Numbered from the stretch's first letter, positions 1 through 10,293 are shown. The stretch: DNA of 64,000 nucleotides from a virus (IMGVR_UViG_3300046786_000304:169465-233464); one strand, 5' to 3'. The notes: generated by a model not told the origin, from the sequence alone. Made by a program: numbers and translations.

Positions 1-1
1 A

Positions 2-1255
2 CTAGATCAAATCCTTCCTGTTATTGTTGATGAAGGTTATGCCATTGAAATAGATGATCAAAGATCTATACATAGTTTTAACTTTCCACAGGCAACAGAA
101 GATACACATGGCCAAGTTATCTGGCCAGTAGGACATCCTAAAGCAGGAGAACCGGTGACACTGAGAGATTATCAAGTCAGTGCTATTAACCAGTTTTTAG
201 AAAACCCACAATGTATCCAAGAGATTGCCACAGGCGCAGGCAAAACTGTGCTTACTGCTACATTAAGTAAAGCAGTGGAACCTTATGGTAGAACATTGGT
301 TATTGTTCCTAACAAAGACTTGGTTAAACAAACAGCAGAAGATTATGTCTTGCTAGGACTTGATACAGGTGTATACTTTGGAGATAAAAAAGAAATAGGC
401 AAGACGCATACTATCTGTACTTGGCAAAGCCTTAACAGTATGCAAAAGCGTTTCAAGGATGGAGAAAGTCCCGTTAGCTTAGAAGACTTCGCACAAGATG
501 TAGTGGGTATTATCATCGACGAAGTTCACCAAGCCAAAGCAGATGTACTCAAACAATTACTTACAGGTCCATTTGCTCATGTTCCTATTCGTTGGGGATT
601 AACAGGAACGATACCTAAAGAAGATTCGGACAAAGTGACCTTATTATCTTGTATAGGTCCAGTCATAAATAAGATTGCAGCCAAAGATCTGCAGGATTTA
701 GGTGTGTTAGCCAACTGCCAAGTAAACATTATGCAGTTCCAAGATACCGTAGAGTATAAGAATTATCAAGAAGAGCTAACATACTTAACAACTAATAAAA
801 ATAGAATGGATACTGTCGCTAAGTTCATCGGGAATCTCAGCGAAACAGGCAATACACTTGTTCTAGTAGATAGAGTGAAGTGTGGAGAAATGCTAGTAGA
901 GCGACTACCTGATAGTAGTTTTGTCAGTGGCGCGATGAAAACTAATGACAGGAAAGAACAGTATGACGAAGTTAAAACAGCAACTAATAAAATCATTGTG
1001 GCTACTTATGGTGTGGCTGCTGTTGGTATTAATATACCCCGTATTTTTAATCTTGTTCTTATTGAACCCGGTAAGAGCTTTGTTAGAGTTATCCAAAGTA
1101 TCGGACGAGGTATTAGAAAAGCTGAAGACAAAGATCACGTAGAGATCTGGGATATCACAAGTAGCGCAAAGTTTAGTAAACGACATCTTACTACACGAAA
1201 GAAATATTATGAGGAAGCGGGTTATCCTTATCAAGTACAAAAGGTAAAATATTAA
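2..1255 (+). CDS. uvsW: UvsW-like SF2 DNA helicase, 5'-truncated by the window edge
   Basis: Frame is open from base 2 into ORF 155..1255; motifs ATGAGKT (Walker A), IIIDEVH (DEAH), GLTGT, QSIGRGIR. Confidence 0.85.
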   Translation, partial: LDQILPVIVDEGYAIEIDDQRSIHSFNFPQATEDTHGQVIWPVGHPKAGEPVTLRDYQVSAINQFLENPQCIQEIATGAGKTVLTATLSKAVEPYGRTLVIVPNKDLVKQTAEDYVLLGLDTGVYFGDKKEIGKTHTICTWQSLNSMQKRFKDGESPVSLEDFAQDVVGIIIDEVHQAKADVLKQLLTGPFAHVPIRWGLTGTIPKEDSDKVTLLSCIGPVINKIAAKDLQDLGVLANCQVNIMQFQDTVEYKNYQEELTYLTTNKNRMDTVAKFIGNLSETGNTLVLVDRVKCGEMLVERLPDSSFVSGAMKTNDRKEQYDEVKTATNKIIVATYGVAAVGINIPRIFNLVLIEPGKSFVRVIQSIGRGIRKAEDKDHVEIWDITSSAKFSKRHLTTRKKYYEEAGYPYQVQKVKY

Positions 1256-1755
1256 TGAACATACTAACAGTAGACAACAAAGCATTTGAGCTGAATCAAT
1301 TACCAGAGGAGGTAGATGATCTGCGATATGCAGTACTAGATTGGAACGATCCGAAAAATGTTGATTATCATTTTGTCCCGCTAATCTTTATGGAAACATT
1401 TCATGCTCCGGCCGCAGTATTGAAAATAGGTGAACATGTTATTCAAGTTCCACTTGATTGGTATATTGTTATCGGTGAAAAAGATCACGGAGACCCTGAG
1501 ATTGTTCCTATTATGAATATCAATGACCGAGGCTTTAGTGCGTTTACATTTAATCCTATCAGCAGTTTTAGATTAGACTTTAAACCACTGGAGATTATCA
1601 ACGTGTTCCAAGATATTCGTTGGTATACTCCTAAACTCAAACACGGACATATTCTAGCAGTTCCATTGGATAACAGCGAAAAACCACAATGTGCTTATTT
1701 TGTCAAAGAAACAAATAAACTTCCGGAAGTATTGTCCATTGAAAAGATGTATTAA
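1255..1755 (+). CDS. Hypothetical phage protein (166 aa)
   Basis: Clean ORF overlapping the helicase stop (TAATG). Confidence 0.75.
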   Translation: MNILTVDNKAFELNQLPEEVDDLRYAVLDWNDPKNVDYHFVPLIFMETFHAPAAVLKIGEHVIQVPLDWYIVIGEKDHGDPEIVPIMNINDRGFSAFTFNPISSFRLDFKPLEIINVFQDIRWYTPKLKHGHILAVPLDNSEKPQCAYFVKETNKLPEVLSIEKMY

Positions 1756-1772
1756 AGACTGTATAATATACT

Positions 1773-2261
1773 ATGGCAACTAAAGCACCAATGTTAGATA
1801 TGTTCAAGAAAGTACTGCCTGCGGCAGATACTAGGAACAAAGATTTTTATGAACGACTCAGTGATGAGGAAAAGAAAGGATTTAGTCCTTGGCTTATCCA
1901 ACGTTATTTGAGTAGTGCAGAAAGTCCTACTGCGGAAATGATCGAACACTATCTTATTATGACCAATGATTTGGTTAATACAGATTATAGTACAATTAAA
2001 GATCATCCTGAGCTAATGTGGAAGTTGATGAGCATTGTCGGTGTAGGCAAGTCAATGAAGCATCCATATGTTGCTCCGGGCAAGGGCAAAAAGAAAAAAG
2101 GTAATGCGTTTAAGTTGTGGCTACATGAACAGTATCCTCATTTAAATGAACAAGAAGTAGAAGTATGGTTCGGTATGTTTACTAAAGAACAAGCCCGAGA
2201 CATGTTGGAACAGTATCAAGTTAAAGACAAAGATGTTATCTCTGGTGCAAATGACTTATAA
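1773..2261 (+). CDS. Probable clamp-loader small subunit (T4 gp62-like)
   Basis: Size, FSPWLIQRYLS-type N-terminal pattern, Lys-rich linker and replication context; family resemblance by eye only. Confidence 0.5.
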   Translation: MATKAPMLDMFKKVLPAADTRNKDFYERLSDEEKKGFSPWLIQRYLSSAESPTAEMIEHYLIMTNDLVNTDYSTIKDHPELMWKLMSIVGVGKSMKHPYVAPGKGKKKKGNAFKLWLHEQYPHLNEQEVEVWFGMFTKEQARDMLEQYQVKDKDVISGANDL

Positions 2262-2931
2262 GTGTAGGTATTGTAATAAAGACTTTGTCAAAGAATCCAC
2301 GTTAATCTCGCACATGTGTGAGAAAAAGCGCAGGATGAATGCCAAAGATGAAAAACAAAATCGCATAGCTTATCAAAGTTGGTTAATCTATAGAAAAACT
2401 ATGATTGCCAACGTTAAGAATGACAAGCCCTATGATGACTTTATCAATGATAGGTATTATTTAGACTTCATGAAGTTGTCTAAATACATTATTGATTTAA
2501 GCTTGGATAAACCAGAAGAGTTTGTTAAATTTATTTTAAAAAACTCTGTGAGAATTGATAATTGGTGTAAAGATTCTGTCTATGAAACTTATGTCAAAGA
2601 TAGAACATTCAAAGAAACTGTAGAACGAGCTATTGAACGAAGTTTGTTAAATATGAAAGTGTGGTCCGAAAAGACTGGCTTTAATTGGGAAGAATATTTT
2701 GTTAAAGTCAATCCAGCAGACGCAGTACAAGACATTAGAATGGGTCGTATTAGTCCGTGGTGTACTTTTTCCACTGACCAAGGCAGCAGGTTAATTGACA
2801 GGCTTGAACCGGGACAGCAACAAGTATTAATAGATTACTTAGATCCTAAAAAATGGCGTGTTAAGTTAAAACGAGATCCAAAAGAACCTGAATGGGTACA
2901 AGAAATTTTTAATAAGGCGGGAATACTATGA
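2233..2931 (+). CDS. C2H2 zinc-finger-containing protein (likely start 2251)
   Basis: YKCRYCNKDFVKESTLISHMC finger-like motif, then a helical domain. Confidence 0.65.
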   Translation: MLSLVQMTYKCRYCNKDFVKESTLISHMCEKKRRMNAKDEKQNRIAYQSWLIYRKTMIANVKNDKPYDDFINDRYYLDFMKLSKYIIDLSLDKPEEFVKFILKNSVRIDNWCKDSVYETYVKDRTFKETVERAIERSLLNMKVWSEKTGFNWEEYFVKVNPADAVQDIRMGRISPWCTFSTDQGSRLIDRLEPGQQQVLIDYLDPKKWRVKLKRDPKEPEWVQEIFNKAGIL

Positions 2932-3176
2932 ATCAGTACAGTGAAAAAAGAAGAGTTCCTAGACTCTTACAAAGCCAGCAATCTACTAAGGCTAGTTTTC
3001 AAATGCTCAATGGCGTAGCAGAATTTACCATAGACGGTGAACGTGTAAGTATGCCCACAGCAGAAGCGTTCCAACGTTTATTAAAAAAAGTTGCCGTACT
3101 TGAACAGAGACTAGCAGTCACTGATAACAAAGCCGCTACTGCATCTAGAGTGGCAAGGGCTAAGAATGACAGATAA
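2928..3176 (+). CDS. Hypothetical coiled-coil protein
   Basis: ATGA overlap with the upstream gene. Confidence 0.65.
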   Translation: MNQYSEKRRVPRLLQSQQSTKASFQMLNGVAEFTIDGERVSMPTAEAFQRLLKKVAVLEQRLAVTDNKAATASRVARAKNDR

Positions 3177-3393
3177 AGATACTCAGGTCGTTGAAGTTTA
3201 TAGAGAAACTTTAAACTTGATTGACAAACTAGTTGCTGATCATGACCCACTTGTAATAGCAGGAGTAATGATGGCACAGTCTCTTAGTTTATATAGAAGT
3301 ACTCTAAGTGAAGATGACTATTCAAGTGTAGTAACATCTATCTTAGAAAAGAAAGATAAAATTTATACATTTAACTCGGGGAATTTACATTGA
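3166..3393 (+). CDS. Hypothetical protein
   Basis: ORF overlapping its neighbours in operon style. Confidence 0.6.
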   Translation: MTDKDTQVVEVYRETLNLIDKLVADHDPLVIAGVMMAQSLSLYRSTLSEDDYSSVVTSILEKKDKIYTFNSGNLH

Positions 3394-3953
3394 GCTTTGA
3401 CGTAGACATTGACTTTGCAGATAGAGAGCAAGTATTAAAATTACTTGACCATACTCCTGCGATGATTAAAGATGGCACAAAAGAAAAGAAACATAACACA
3501 GGTGTTTACTTTCATAATGCGCCAGTAAATCCATTCACAGGATTATCTACAGTAGATTATAAAAGTGCTGAAGACTTGGGTTGGTTTAAAATTGACTTGC
3601 TGAATGTTGGTATCTACAATGATTTCGACAGTAATGAACAAATAGATGATTTATTGTCCAAGGAACCAATGTGGGAGTTGCTAGAACATAAAGAAGTTAT
3701 ACAGCAATTATTCCATATACATAATCACAGCGACACCGTTATTAGAATGAAGCCAAGAAGCATTGAACAACTTGCCATGGTGTTGGCAGTTATCCGTCCA
3801 GGTAAGAAGCATTTAATAGGTAGAAGTTGGAATGAGATTGAGCAAGAAGTATGGACTAAAACTGAGGATGTTTACAGTTTCAAAAAGAGTCATGCTATTG
3901 GTTATGCGGCAGCTATTGTGTTACAGCTTAATCAAATGAGTTATAGTTTTTGA
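3390..3953 (+). CDS. Miniature DNA polymerase III alpha (DnaE)-like palm protein
   Basis: DVDIDF, KHNTGVY, FKIDLL and FKKSHAIGY correspond to DnaE PDxDxDF, HAxGVVI, KxDFLG and FNKSH motifs; TTG start. Confidence 0.75.
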   Translation: MSFDVDIDFADREQVLKLLDHTPAMIKDGTKEKKHNTGVYFHNAPVNPFTGLSTVDYKSAEDLGWFKIDLLNVGIYNDFDSNEQIDDLLSKEPMWELLEHKEVIQQLFHIHNHSDTVIRMKPRSIEQLAMVLAVIRPGKKHLIGRSWNEIEQEVWTKTEDVYSFKKSHAIGYAAAIVLQLNQMSYSF

Positions 3954-4309
3954 ACTAATTGTATCTGACGACGTTTAATACGTTTTGTGATGATGTTTTG
4001 AAGACTAACAGCTTCGCCGTGTAATATATCAAAGTCCTTGACATTATAGGTGCGTAAACTATAGCTAAACTTTTTAAATTTAGGCCCTATAACTAAGTTT
4101 ATGGGCAGACTGCGATTACTTTGCCACCACCATTCTTCTCCTAATTCTAAGAACTCTGCTTTATCTTCGGTACAAGTAAGCACATTATAAACATAAATGC
4201 TGGCCAGAGTACTGGTATAATTTTGAATAATCCCTAGAATCTCTTCTTCGCCGCAACGGCACAAGCTTAAGAAGGGAAACTTATCTAATATTTCTTTATG
4301 ATCTGCCAT
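3941..4309 (-). CDS. Hypothetical protein
   Basis: 122-aa ORF with a TAAATA motif just upstream on the minus strand. Confidence 0.7.
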   Translation of the reverse strand: MADHKEILDKFPFLSLCRCGEEEILGIIQNYTSTLASIYVYNVLTCTEDKAEFLELGEEWWWQSNRSLPINLVIGPKFKKFSYSLRTYNVKDFDILHGEAVSLQNIITKRIKRRQIQLVQKL

Positions 4310-4361
4310 CGGTAATATTTAGCACCGAATTCATTTCAATTAAAATTAAATAAATATAACT

Positions 4362-5144
4362 ATGAGCGATACATTTACATTATTGAGCTACCCGCAACGC
4401 AGTATATTAATATATGCAGAAGGATATAGCAGGACACAAAACATGCCATTTAATACCACACGAAAAACCATCTACAAGGGAGTGGATAGCACCCTGGGAT
4501 TTGATGTTAAAAACCAAGACCGCAAACCAGTTAATTTGCTAGGCAAAGATATCATGGTCAATATCATGCAAGTTAGAACGGGAGAACTTGTGGTACAGCG
4601 CAGAGCAGTGGCAGTAGAACCAGAATCCGGATTTTGTGAATTTACCGTATTCAGCAGTGACCTTGTTGATTTAGATCCAGGTATATATCAACTAAGTGCT
4701 GTGGTTTATGAAGCAGATGGTCGTGCTAAAAGTCTATACACAGACCACAATCGCAGAGTTACATTAGAGCTAGAATTAAGTGATGGCGCATATCCAAAGT
4801 ATCTACCAAGCACAGGTTTGACTTTCACTCAAATGGGCAGTAGTTGGATCAGCCAACCTATTCCCAGTAACTTACAAAAGAACGATAGTAGTACATTACA
4901 CACAATTCAAATCGGAGTTACCAATTACACAGGTACCATCGAAGCATTGGTTAGTTTAGAATACGACAGCGATGGAAATTATTTCCCAGTTAAGTTTGTC
5001 AATGATAAATTTAAAATTGAATTTAATGGAACAACTGATATACAGGGTTGGAACTTTATAGCAGATGCTCGTTGGGTAAAGATATTATATACTCCTTCGG
5101 ATACGAATGCAGGAACAGTTGACAAAGTCTTATATAGAAGTTAA
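4362..5144 (+). CDS. Probable virion/baseplate protein (BppU-like beta-rich)
   Basis: ATAAATA late-promoter-like motif upstream; beta-rich sequence with DLDPGIYQLSAVV-type segment. Confidence 0.5.
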   Translation: MSDTFTLLSYPQRSILIYAEGYSRTQNMPFNTTRKTIYKGVDSTLGFDVKNQDRKPVNLLGKDIMVNIMQVRTGELVVQRRAVAVEPESGFCEFTVFSSDLVDLDPGIYQLSAVVYEADGRAKSLYTDHNRRVTLELELSDGAYPKYLPSTGLTFTQMGSSWISQPIPSNLQKNDSSTLHTIQIGVTNYTGTIEALVSLEYDSDGNYFPVKFVNDKFKIEFNGTTDIQGWNFIADARWVKILYTPSDTNAGTVDKVLYRS

Positions 5145-5147
5145 AAT
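5119..5147 (+). promoter_or_regulatory. Sigma70-type promoter of primase-helicase
   Basis: TTGACA-17-TAAAAT, 10 nt before the primase ATG. Confidence 0.65.
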
Positions 5148-5156
5148 ACTAAGGTC

Positions 5157-6128
5157 ATGATGGCCTTACAAACATTACTTAGAAGCAAAATACACGGACA
5201 TGCTAGCCCTAAAGGCTGGACAAGTTTTAATTGTCCCATGTGTGTTGTCAATGGACAAGGCCGAGCAGATACAAAGCGCAGAGGCGGGATATTGTTTAGT
5301 CCCGACGGTAGTGTAGCTTACCAATGTTTTAATTGCCAATATAAAACAGGCTGGAGTCCTGGTTGGACCTTGGGTTTCAAGATGCGTAAGCTATTACGCC
5401 AACTAGGATTCGATGAAGCCGAAGTTCAACGTTTAACATTAGAATTACTAAGCCAAGCAGACGCAGAGCTACTAGTTAAAAAAGAAGCAGAACCAGTATG
5501 GACTCCGGACTGGCCAGAGTTTAACTTCGAGTTCGAAGTTAAAGAATTAGAAGACCCTGCAAAGATAGCATACTTACAAGATAGACAAATATATGATTTA
5601 GCTACTTGGTTAGAAACAAATGACGGCTATGCCGGATTAAACAATAGAGTTATATTGCCTTTCACTTATCAAAATAAGATTGTAGGTTTTCAAAGTAGAT
5701 ATGTAGGCCAAGTACCTCCTAAGCTAGCCAAGTATTTTAAGAAGAGTCCCGCAAACTATGTATACGGATTAGATAATCAACGAGATAAAAGAGAATACGT
5801 CATTGTCACAGAAGGTGAGTTTGATGCGCTACTAACCAGTGGAGTTGCTTTGGGTAGTAACAATCTCAGTGAACGTCAAGCACAACTGATAGAAGACTTA
5901 AATATAGAACCGATACTACTACCCGACGCTGACAAGCCGGGTGGAGAACTAGTAGAGCGTGCCGCAGACTATGGATGGAGCGTTAGTTTTCCTGAATGGG
6001 AAGATTGTAAAGACGTTGGAGACGCAGTAATGAAATATGGCAGACTATTTGCAGTATACAGCATACTACAAGCCGCAGAACATAGTCCAACAAAAATTAG
6101 ATTAATGGGAAAGAGATATTGCAGATGA
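5157..6128 (+). CDS. DNA primase (Zn-binding plus TOPRIM; gp61/DnaG-like)
   Basis: CPMC...CFNC zinc site; TEGEFDA and DADKPG TOPRIM motifs. Confidence 0.9.
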   Translation: MMALQTLLRSKIHGHASPKGWTSFNCPMCVVNGQGRADTKRRGGILFSPDGSVAYQCFNCQYKTGWSPGWTLGFKMRKLLRQLGFDEAEVQRLTLELLSQADAELLVKKEAEPVWTPDWPEFNFEFEVKELEDPAKIAYLQDRQIYDLATWLETNDGYAGLNNRVILPFTYQNKIVGFQSRYVGQVPPKLAKYFKKSPANYVYGLDNQRDKREYVIVTEGEFDALLTSGVALGSNNLSERQAQLIEDLNIEPILLPDADKPGGELVERAADYGWSVSFPEWEDCKDVGDAVMKYGRLFAVYSILQAAEHSPTKIRLMGKRYCR

Positions 6129-7588
6129 AAGATGAAATTAAAACATACAGTACAAAAGAACAAAAATTATATTTAGAAATTTTAATTGCTGATCCAGAAT
6201 TGGCAGCAAGGTCTAGAAATATTTTAGATCCCGAATACTTTGACAGGAACATGCGGCAAGCGGCAGAGTTCATTAAAGATTACTTAGACAAATATGACAA
6301 TGTTCCTACGACTACGCAAATTGAAGCAACAACTGGTATAAGTCTAGAAGCATTTAGCACAGACGCAGTACAGCCACAAAAAGAATGGTTCTTGGACGAG
6401 TTTGAACAGTTTGCTAGACACAAGGCATTGGATCGTGCTATTCTAAAAAGTGTTGACTTGCTGGACAAGAAAAGATATGGCGAAGTTGAACGACTTATTA
6501 AAGAAGCAAGTACAGTAGGATTGCCCAAGACCTTTGGTACAGATTATTTTGCAGATCCTAGGGGTCGACTCGAAGCATTGAAAAGTGCTAATGGACAAGT
6601 TAGTACAGGATGGAAAAGTATTGATAACAAACTGTATGGCGGATTTAACAGAGGCGAACTTAATATTTTTGCGGCACCCAGTGGCGGCGGTAAAAGTTTG
6701 TTTTTACAAAACCTTGCTATACATTGGGCGCAACAAGGACTAAATGGCGTTTATTTTAGTTTGGAACTGGCAGAAGGTCTATGTAGTAAACGAATTGACA
6801 GTATGATAACCGGAGTCCCATCCACAGACATTTATAAAAATCTAGACGACGTCGATTTGAAAGTTAGGATGATAGGAAAGAAATCCGGACGACTACAAAT
6901 TGTTCAACTAACATCTGGTATAACTGTAAATGATTTAAAATCTTGGATCAAAGAGTTTCAGATATTCTCTGGAGCAAAAGTAGACTATGTAATTGTTGAC
7001 TATTTAGACTTGATGCATCCTGTTAGTGTTAAAGTCAGTGCTGAGAATTTGTTTATTAAAGACAAATATGTGTCAGAAGAACTACGGGCTTTGGCCACAC
7101 AAGGGCAGTATCTGTTTGCCACAGCCAGTCAGTTGAATCGCGGCGCTGTAGAAAGTGTTGAATTTGATCATAGTCATATTAGTGGCGGCTTATCTAAGAT
7201 TCAAACAGCTGACAATGTTATTGGTATCTTTAACAGTAATACTATGCGTGAACGTGGTAGAGTTCAAGTTCAATTTATGAAAACTCGTAGTAGTAGTGCT
7301 GTAGGTTCAAAAGTTGAATTAGAGTTTAATACAAGTACTTTACATATTACAGACTTAGATGAAGACAGCGCAGATGCTCCTACTACAATAGATGTAATAC
7401 ACGACAAACTAAAACGTCAAAGTCAAGTAGAAGGAACAAGTAATACAACACCCAGTGTCGGTTGGGAAAGAGCTACACCCAAAGAAGGTTTTAGTTTAGA
7501 GACACCTCAAAAACAACAAGAGCCCAAAATCCCAATTAGGACCATGGACTCTAGTAATAAGTTAGCTAATATTCTTAAAAAGGTTTAA
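6119..7588 (+). CDS. Replicative DnaB/gp41-like helicase
   Basis: APSGGGKS Walker A, VIVDYLD, TASQLNR; follows the primase. Confidence 0.92.
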   Translation: MQMKDEIKTYSTKEQKLYLEILIADPELAARSRNILDPEYFDRNMRQAAEFIKDYLDKYDNVPTTTQIEATTGISLEAFSTDAVQPQKEWFLDEFEQFARHKALDRAILKSVDLLDKKRYGEVERLIKEASTVGLPKTFGTDYFADPRGRLEALKSANGQVSTGWKSIDNKLYGGFNRGELNIFAAPSGGGKSLFLQNLAIHWAQQGLNGVYFSLELAEGLCSKRIDSMITGVPSTDIYKNLDDVDLKVRMIGKKSGRLQIVQLTSGITVNDLKSWIKEFQIFSGAKVDYVIVDYLDLMHPVSVKVSAENLFIKDKYVSEELRALATQGQYLFATASQLNRGAVESVEFDHSHISGGLSKIQTADNVIGIFNSNTMRERGRVQVQFMKTRSSSAVGSKVELEFNTSTLHITDLDEDSADAPTTIDVIHDKLKRQSQVEGTSNTTPSVGWERATPKEGFSLETPQKQQEPKIPIRTMDSSNKLANILKKV

Positions 7589-8115
7589 GCTGTTTTAATG
7601 TCACGCATACCTTGTACAGGTGTTGCGGTATCAGGGGCTCCTATTTCAGGAGCCTTTGTTGTTTGTTGAGCAGAGCCACTGGCTCCGCCTTCTTTATCTT
7701 GACTTGCCCATGGCCATTGATTTTGTCCTTGATCTTGCATATCTTTGTTTAAATCGGATTTCAATCTTTGGAATAAACTATTATCCTCGGCCACATAACT
7801 TAGCACAGTTTCTAACAAGTCCATTAACGCAGACATTTGTTTTAGGTTAGGCCGGTGATTCATATACATAGCACGAACGCCAGTTCTTAAATCGTTGTAA
7901 TGATCTTCGCCTACAGCATCCTTGATAGCGGCCAAACGCATCATAGTACGTGAAAAGCTATTTTGGTCGATTTCTTTACCGCTGGTATCCATTTCTGGAT
8001 CATGTCGTGCGGTTTTAGCCTGCGCTTGTACAGCGTCTGTTTCAGTGTCTTCGGCAATAGCTCTTAGCTTGTTCAATACTGAACCCATGTCAAAATTAGT
8101 GTTTGAAAACGTCAT
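7585..8115 (-). CDS. Hypothetical protein (176 aa)
   Basis: Long ORF convergent with the helicase. Confidence 0.65.
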   Translation of the reverse strand: MTFSNTNFDMGSVLNKLRAIAEDTETDAVQAQAKTARHDPEMDTSGKEIDQNSFSRTMMRLAAIKDAVGEDHYNDLRTGVRAMYMNHRPNLKQMSALMDLLETVLSYVAEDNSLFQRLKSDLNKDMQDQGQNQWPWASQDKEGGASGSAQQTTKAPEIGAPDTATPVQGMRDIKTA

Positions 8116-8171
8116 ATTAATTCCCTCTTAAGATTATTTATCTTAGATAAATATTTGATAAGGAATTAATT

Positions 8172-8432
8172 GTGCGAAAGCAAACTAAATCAATATTAGA
8201 AGAAATCACAAATATCGTGCCACAGCGTGATAAAGAAAGCTTTGTAGAAAACAAGGCTATTAATGTTATTGCTAGCACCAAGTATCTTGTCGAGTATATA
8301 CAAGAGAATTTCAATCAAGACCAAAGCGACGACCTTTTAAAACGGTTATTCAACAGCCTAAAAACAGGCGATGAATCTAAATTTCGCAGAGGCATTAAAC
8401 AGATAAAAGAATCAAAACATGGAACAATTTGA
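8172..8432 (+). CDS. Hypothetical late protein
   Basis: AGGA SD with GTG start; ATAAATA upstream. Confidence 0.7.
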   Translation: MRKQTKSILEEITNIVPQRDKESFVENKAINVIASTKYLVEYIQENFNQDQSDDLLKRLFNSLKTGDESKFRRGIKQIKESKHGTI

Positions 8433-9207
8433 AGATTTACAAGCATGGGATTTAATGGTAGAAAGCCGCCAATACAGAGCTTCAGGTGCCCGTGGCTTGA
8501 ATCTTAGAAATGTTGCTGATTTCGCATTTTTAGATTTATTAACATTATTCATATTACACAGCGAATACGAAACAGCTCCAATTGCAGCCAAATACGCAGA
8601 CTCTACTATGAGTTATAGAAATTTTGCCAAAGCAAGATTGAGTGGTACAGACTTATATGTTAGTATGAACATATTAAGCGATCCTACCAGCGTATTCAGT
8701 CATAAAATAGCACAGAACGCAGAAGCTGATGCTTTATTAAGAGGCAAGTTAAAATTAAATCTTCCTACTGTAAAACGTTATTTAGATATATTGGCAGATG
8801 GGTCAATAACAAAAGATGATGCTGCAACATTATTTCTACGTTTAGAAAAACAGTTAAACATTACAGACAGCAAATTAAGAAGTCTACGCAGACTAGTCCA
8901 GGATTGGCCTGTACTTAATACCATGCAACGTGAACTAGCCGCAACTAAGATGCTACAATATTATAAAAAGTTTGCCAAGCGCAGTGAAATGTCAGTATTT
9001 TTAAGTGACTTAGCCAAGGGCAAAGGCTATGAAATGCGTGGCGGTATTGATGCTGAATTATCTAATTTAGGCTATACTGGACATAGTCATGATCATCGTG
9101 ACCACCATGGCAAGCAAGATAAACACGATCATTCCTGGTCAAAAATAGCCAGTGATTTAATGCCAGCCGCGGGATTTTATGCGGGATACAAGCTAGGTAA
9201 ACGCTAA
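8419..9207 (+). CDS. Hypothetical late protein with a His-rich C-terminal segment
   Basis: 262-aa ORF; GHSHDHRDHHGKQDKHDH near the C-terminus. Confidence 0.75.
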   Translation: MEQFEDLQAWDLMVESRQYRASGARGLNLRNVADFAFLDLLTLFILHSEYETAPIAAKYADSTMSYRNFAKARLSGTDLYVSMNILSDPTSVFSHKIAQNAEADALLRGKLKLNLPTVKRYLDILADGSITKDDAATLFLRLEKQLNITDSKLRSLRRLVQDWPVLNTMQRELAATKMLQYYKKFAKRSEMSVFLSDLAKGKGYEMRGGIDAELSNLGYTGHSHDHRDHHGKQDKHDHSWSKIASDLMPAAGFYAGYKLGKR

Positions 9208-9263
9208 AAGAAGATAAATAAATACAAGAAACTTAATGTTTCGAACGATCAAAGGAGTCTATT

Positions 9264-9641
9264 ATGACAGCAAGAGTAAACGGTTCAGTTGGTACTACAG
9301 ACGGTGGTATCTATAATCCAGGTCAGAGCTTGGCATTTTTCAAGATCACAGTAAAAGATGGTTCTGCCGCCGCTGTTGATCTACGTAGCAGTGACGGTAC
9401 AGGTCAAGCGTTAGAAGCTATCTTCTTTGCTTTCCCAACAGGTATCATTGCTTATGACAGCGCAAACGCTAACACAGGTGTTATCCACGTTATCGTTGAC
9501 GGTCACGCTGCTCACACAGTTGCTAGCCTACAAGCCGCAATCCGCGCTTTAGGTACAAGCGTTGGTAGCGATGGCAAAGACGTTAGTGGTACAGTTGTTG
9601 AAGCTGGTGCTGGTTTCACAGTATCTGCTAGCGCAGTTTAA
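9264..9641 (+). CDS. Probable abundant virion structural protein (125 aa)
   Basis: Own ATAAATA motif, AAGGAG SD, Ala/Gly/Thr-rich, followed by a terminator. Confidence 0.65.
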   Translation: MTARVNGSVGTTDGGIYNPGQSLAFFKITVKDGSAAAVDLRSSDGTGQALEAIFFAFPTGIIAYDSANANTGVIHVIVDGHAAHTVASLQAAIRALGTSVGSDGKDVSGTVVEAGAGFTVSASAV

Positions 9642-9662
9642 TCCTACAAGTTACGGGATGGG

Positions 9663-9697
9663 AAGCCGCAGTATCGCAAGATCTGCGGTTTTTCTTT
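9663..9697 (+). terminator. Intrinsic terminator
   Basis: AAGCCGCAG-t-ATC-GCAA-GAT-CTGCGGTTT stem-loop followed by a T-tract. Confidence 0.75.
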
Positions 9698-9745
9698 GAC
9701 TCGTACTTTTGTTTGATAAGGTAAATAGTTAAAAGGAAGTTTAAT

Positions 9746-10189
9746 ATGCAAGCAACAGCAAGAACAGGTGAATACATTGGCGGTAATATCGAGTACTTTA
9801 CTTGTTATACCCTAGTGGATATTTCTGATACAGGTACTTACGATCCAACAGCTGGCAGTCTTTACGAACAAGCACAAAATTTAAATGCTTTATTACAAGC
9901 TATCAGCTTAGGTAGTCAACCAATATTAACCAGCGTGGAAAAATTAACTGCGGCTGATATGGATGACTTTGAATTTGGTAGTGACTTTACGGGCACACAT
10001 AATATGTGGGTATTGAGATTTGCCAGTGAAAGAGTTGGCAGTATCACAGTTAATACATTAGTTCGTGATGTGGACGGTTTACCTGTCTATGACGATTTAG
10101 ATGAAACAGCTACATTTGATTCAAATGTATTTGAAACCAACGACCCAACACAAACTAACATATATTTTGTTCGCAACGACAATCTGTGA
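9746..10189 (+). CDS. Hypothetical acidic virion-block protein
   Basis: TAAATA motif and SD upstream; 147-aa ORF. Confidence 0.7.
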   Translation: MQATARTGEYIGGNIEYFTCYTLVDISDTGTYDPTAGSLYEQAQNLNALLQAISLGSQPILTSVEKLTAADMDDFEFGSDFTGTHNMWVLRFASERVGSITVNTLVRDVDGLPVYDDLDETATFDSNVFETNDPTQTNIYFVRNDNL

Positions 10190-10293
10190 TTTAGATAAAT
10201 ATTACAAACATTTCGGCACCAGACCATTGGCACAAACTTAGGCATAAAAATAAGAACACATAGTGAGAGAAACACATTTTTATAAGGAGTATT

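Noticed and set aside
1255-1755. Hint/intein-like domain
   Set aside because: Beta-rich, but without an N-terminal Cys/Ser, TxxH block or terminal HN.
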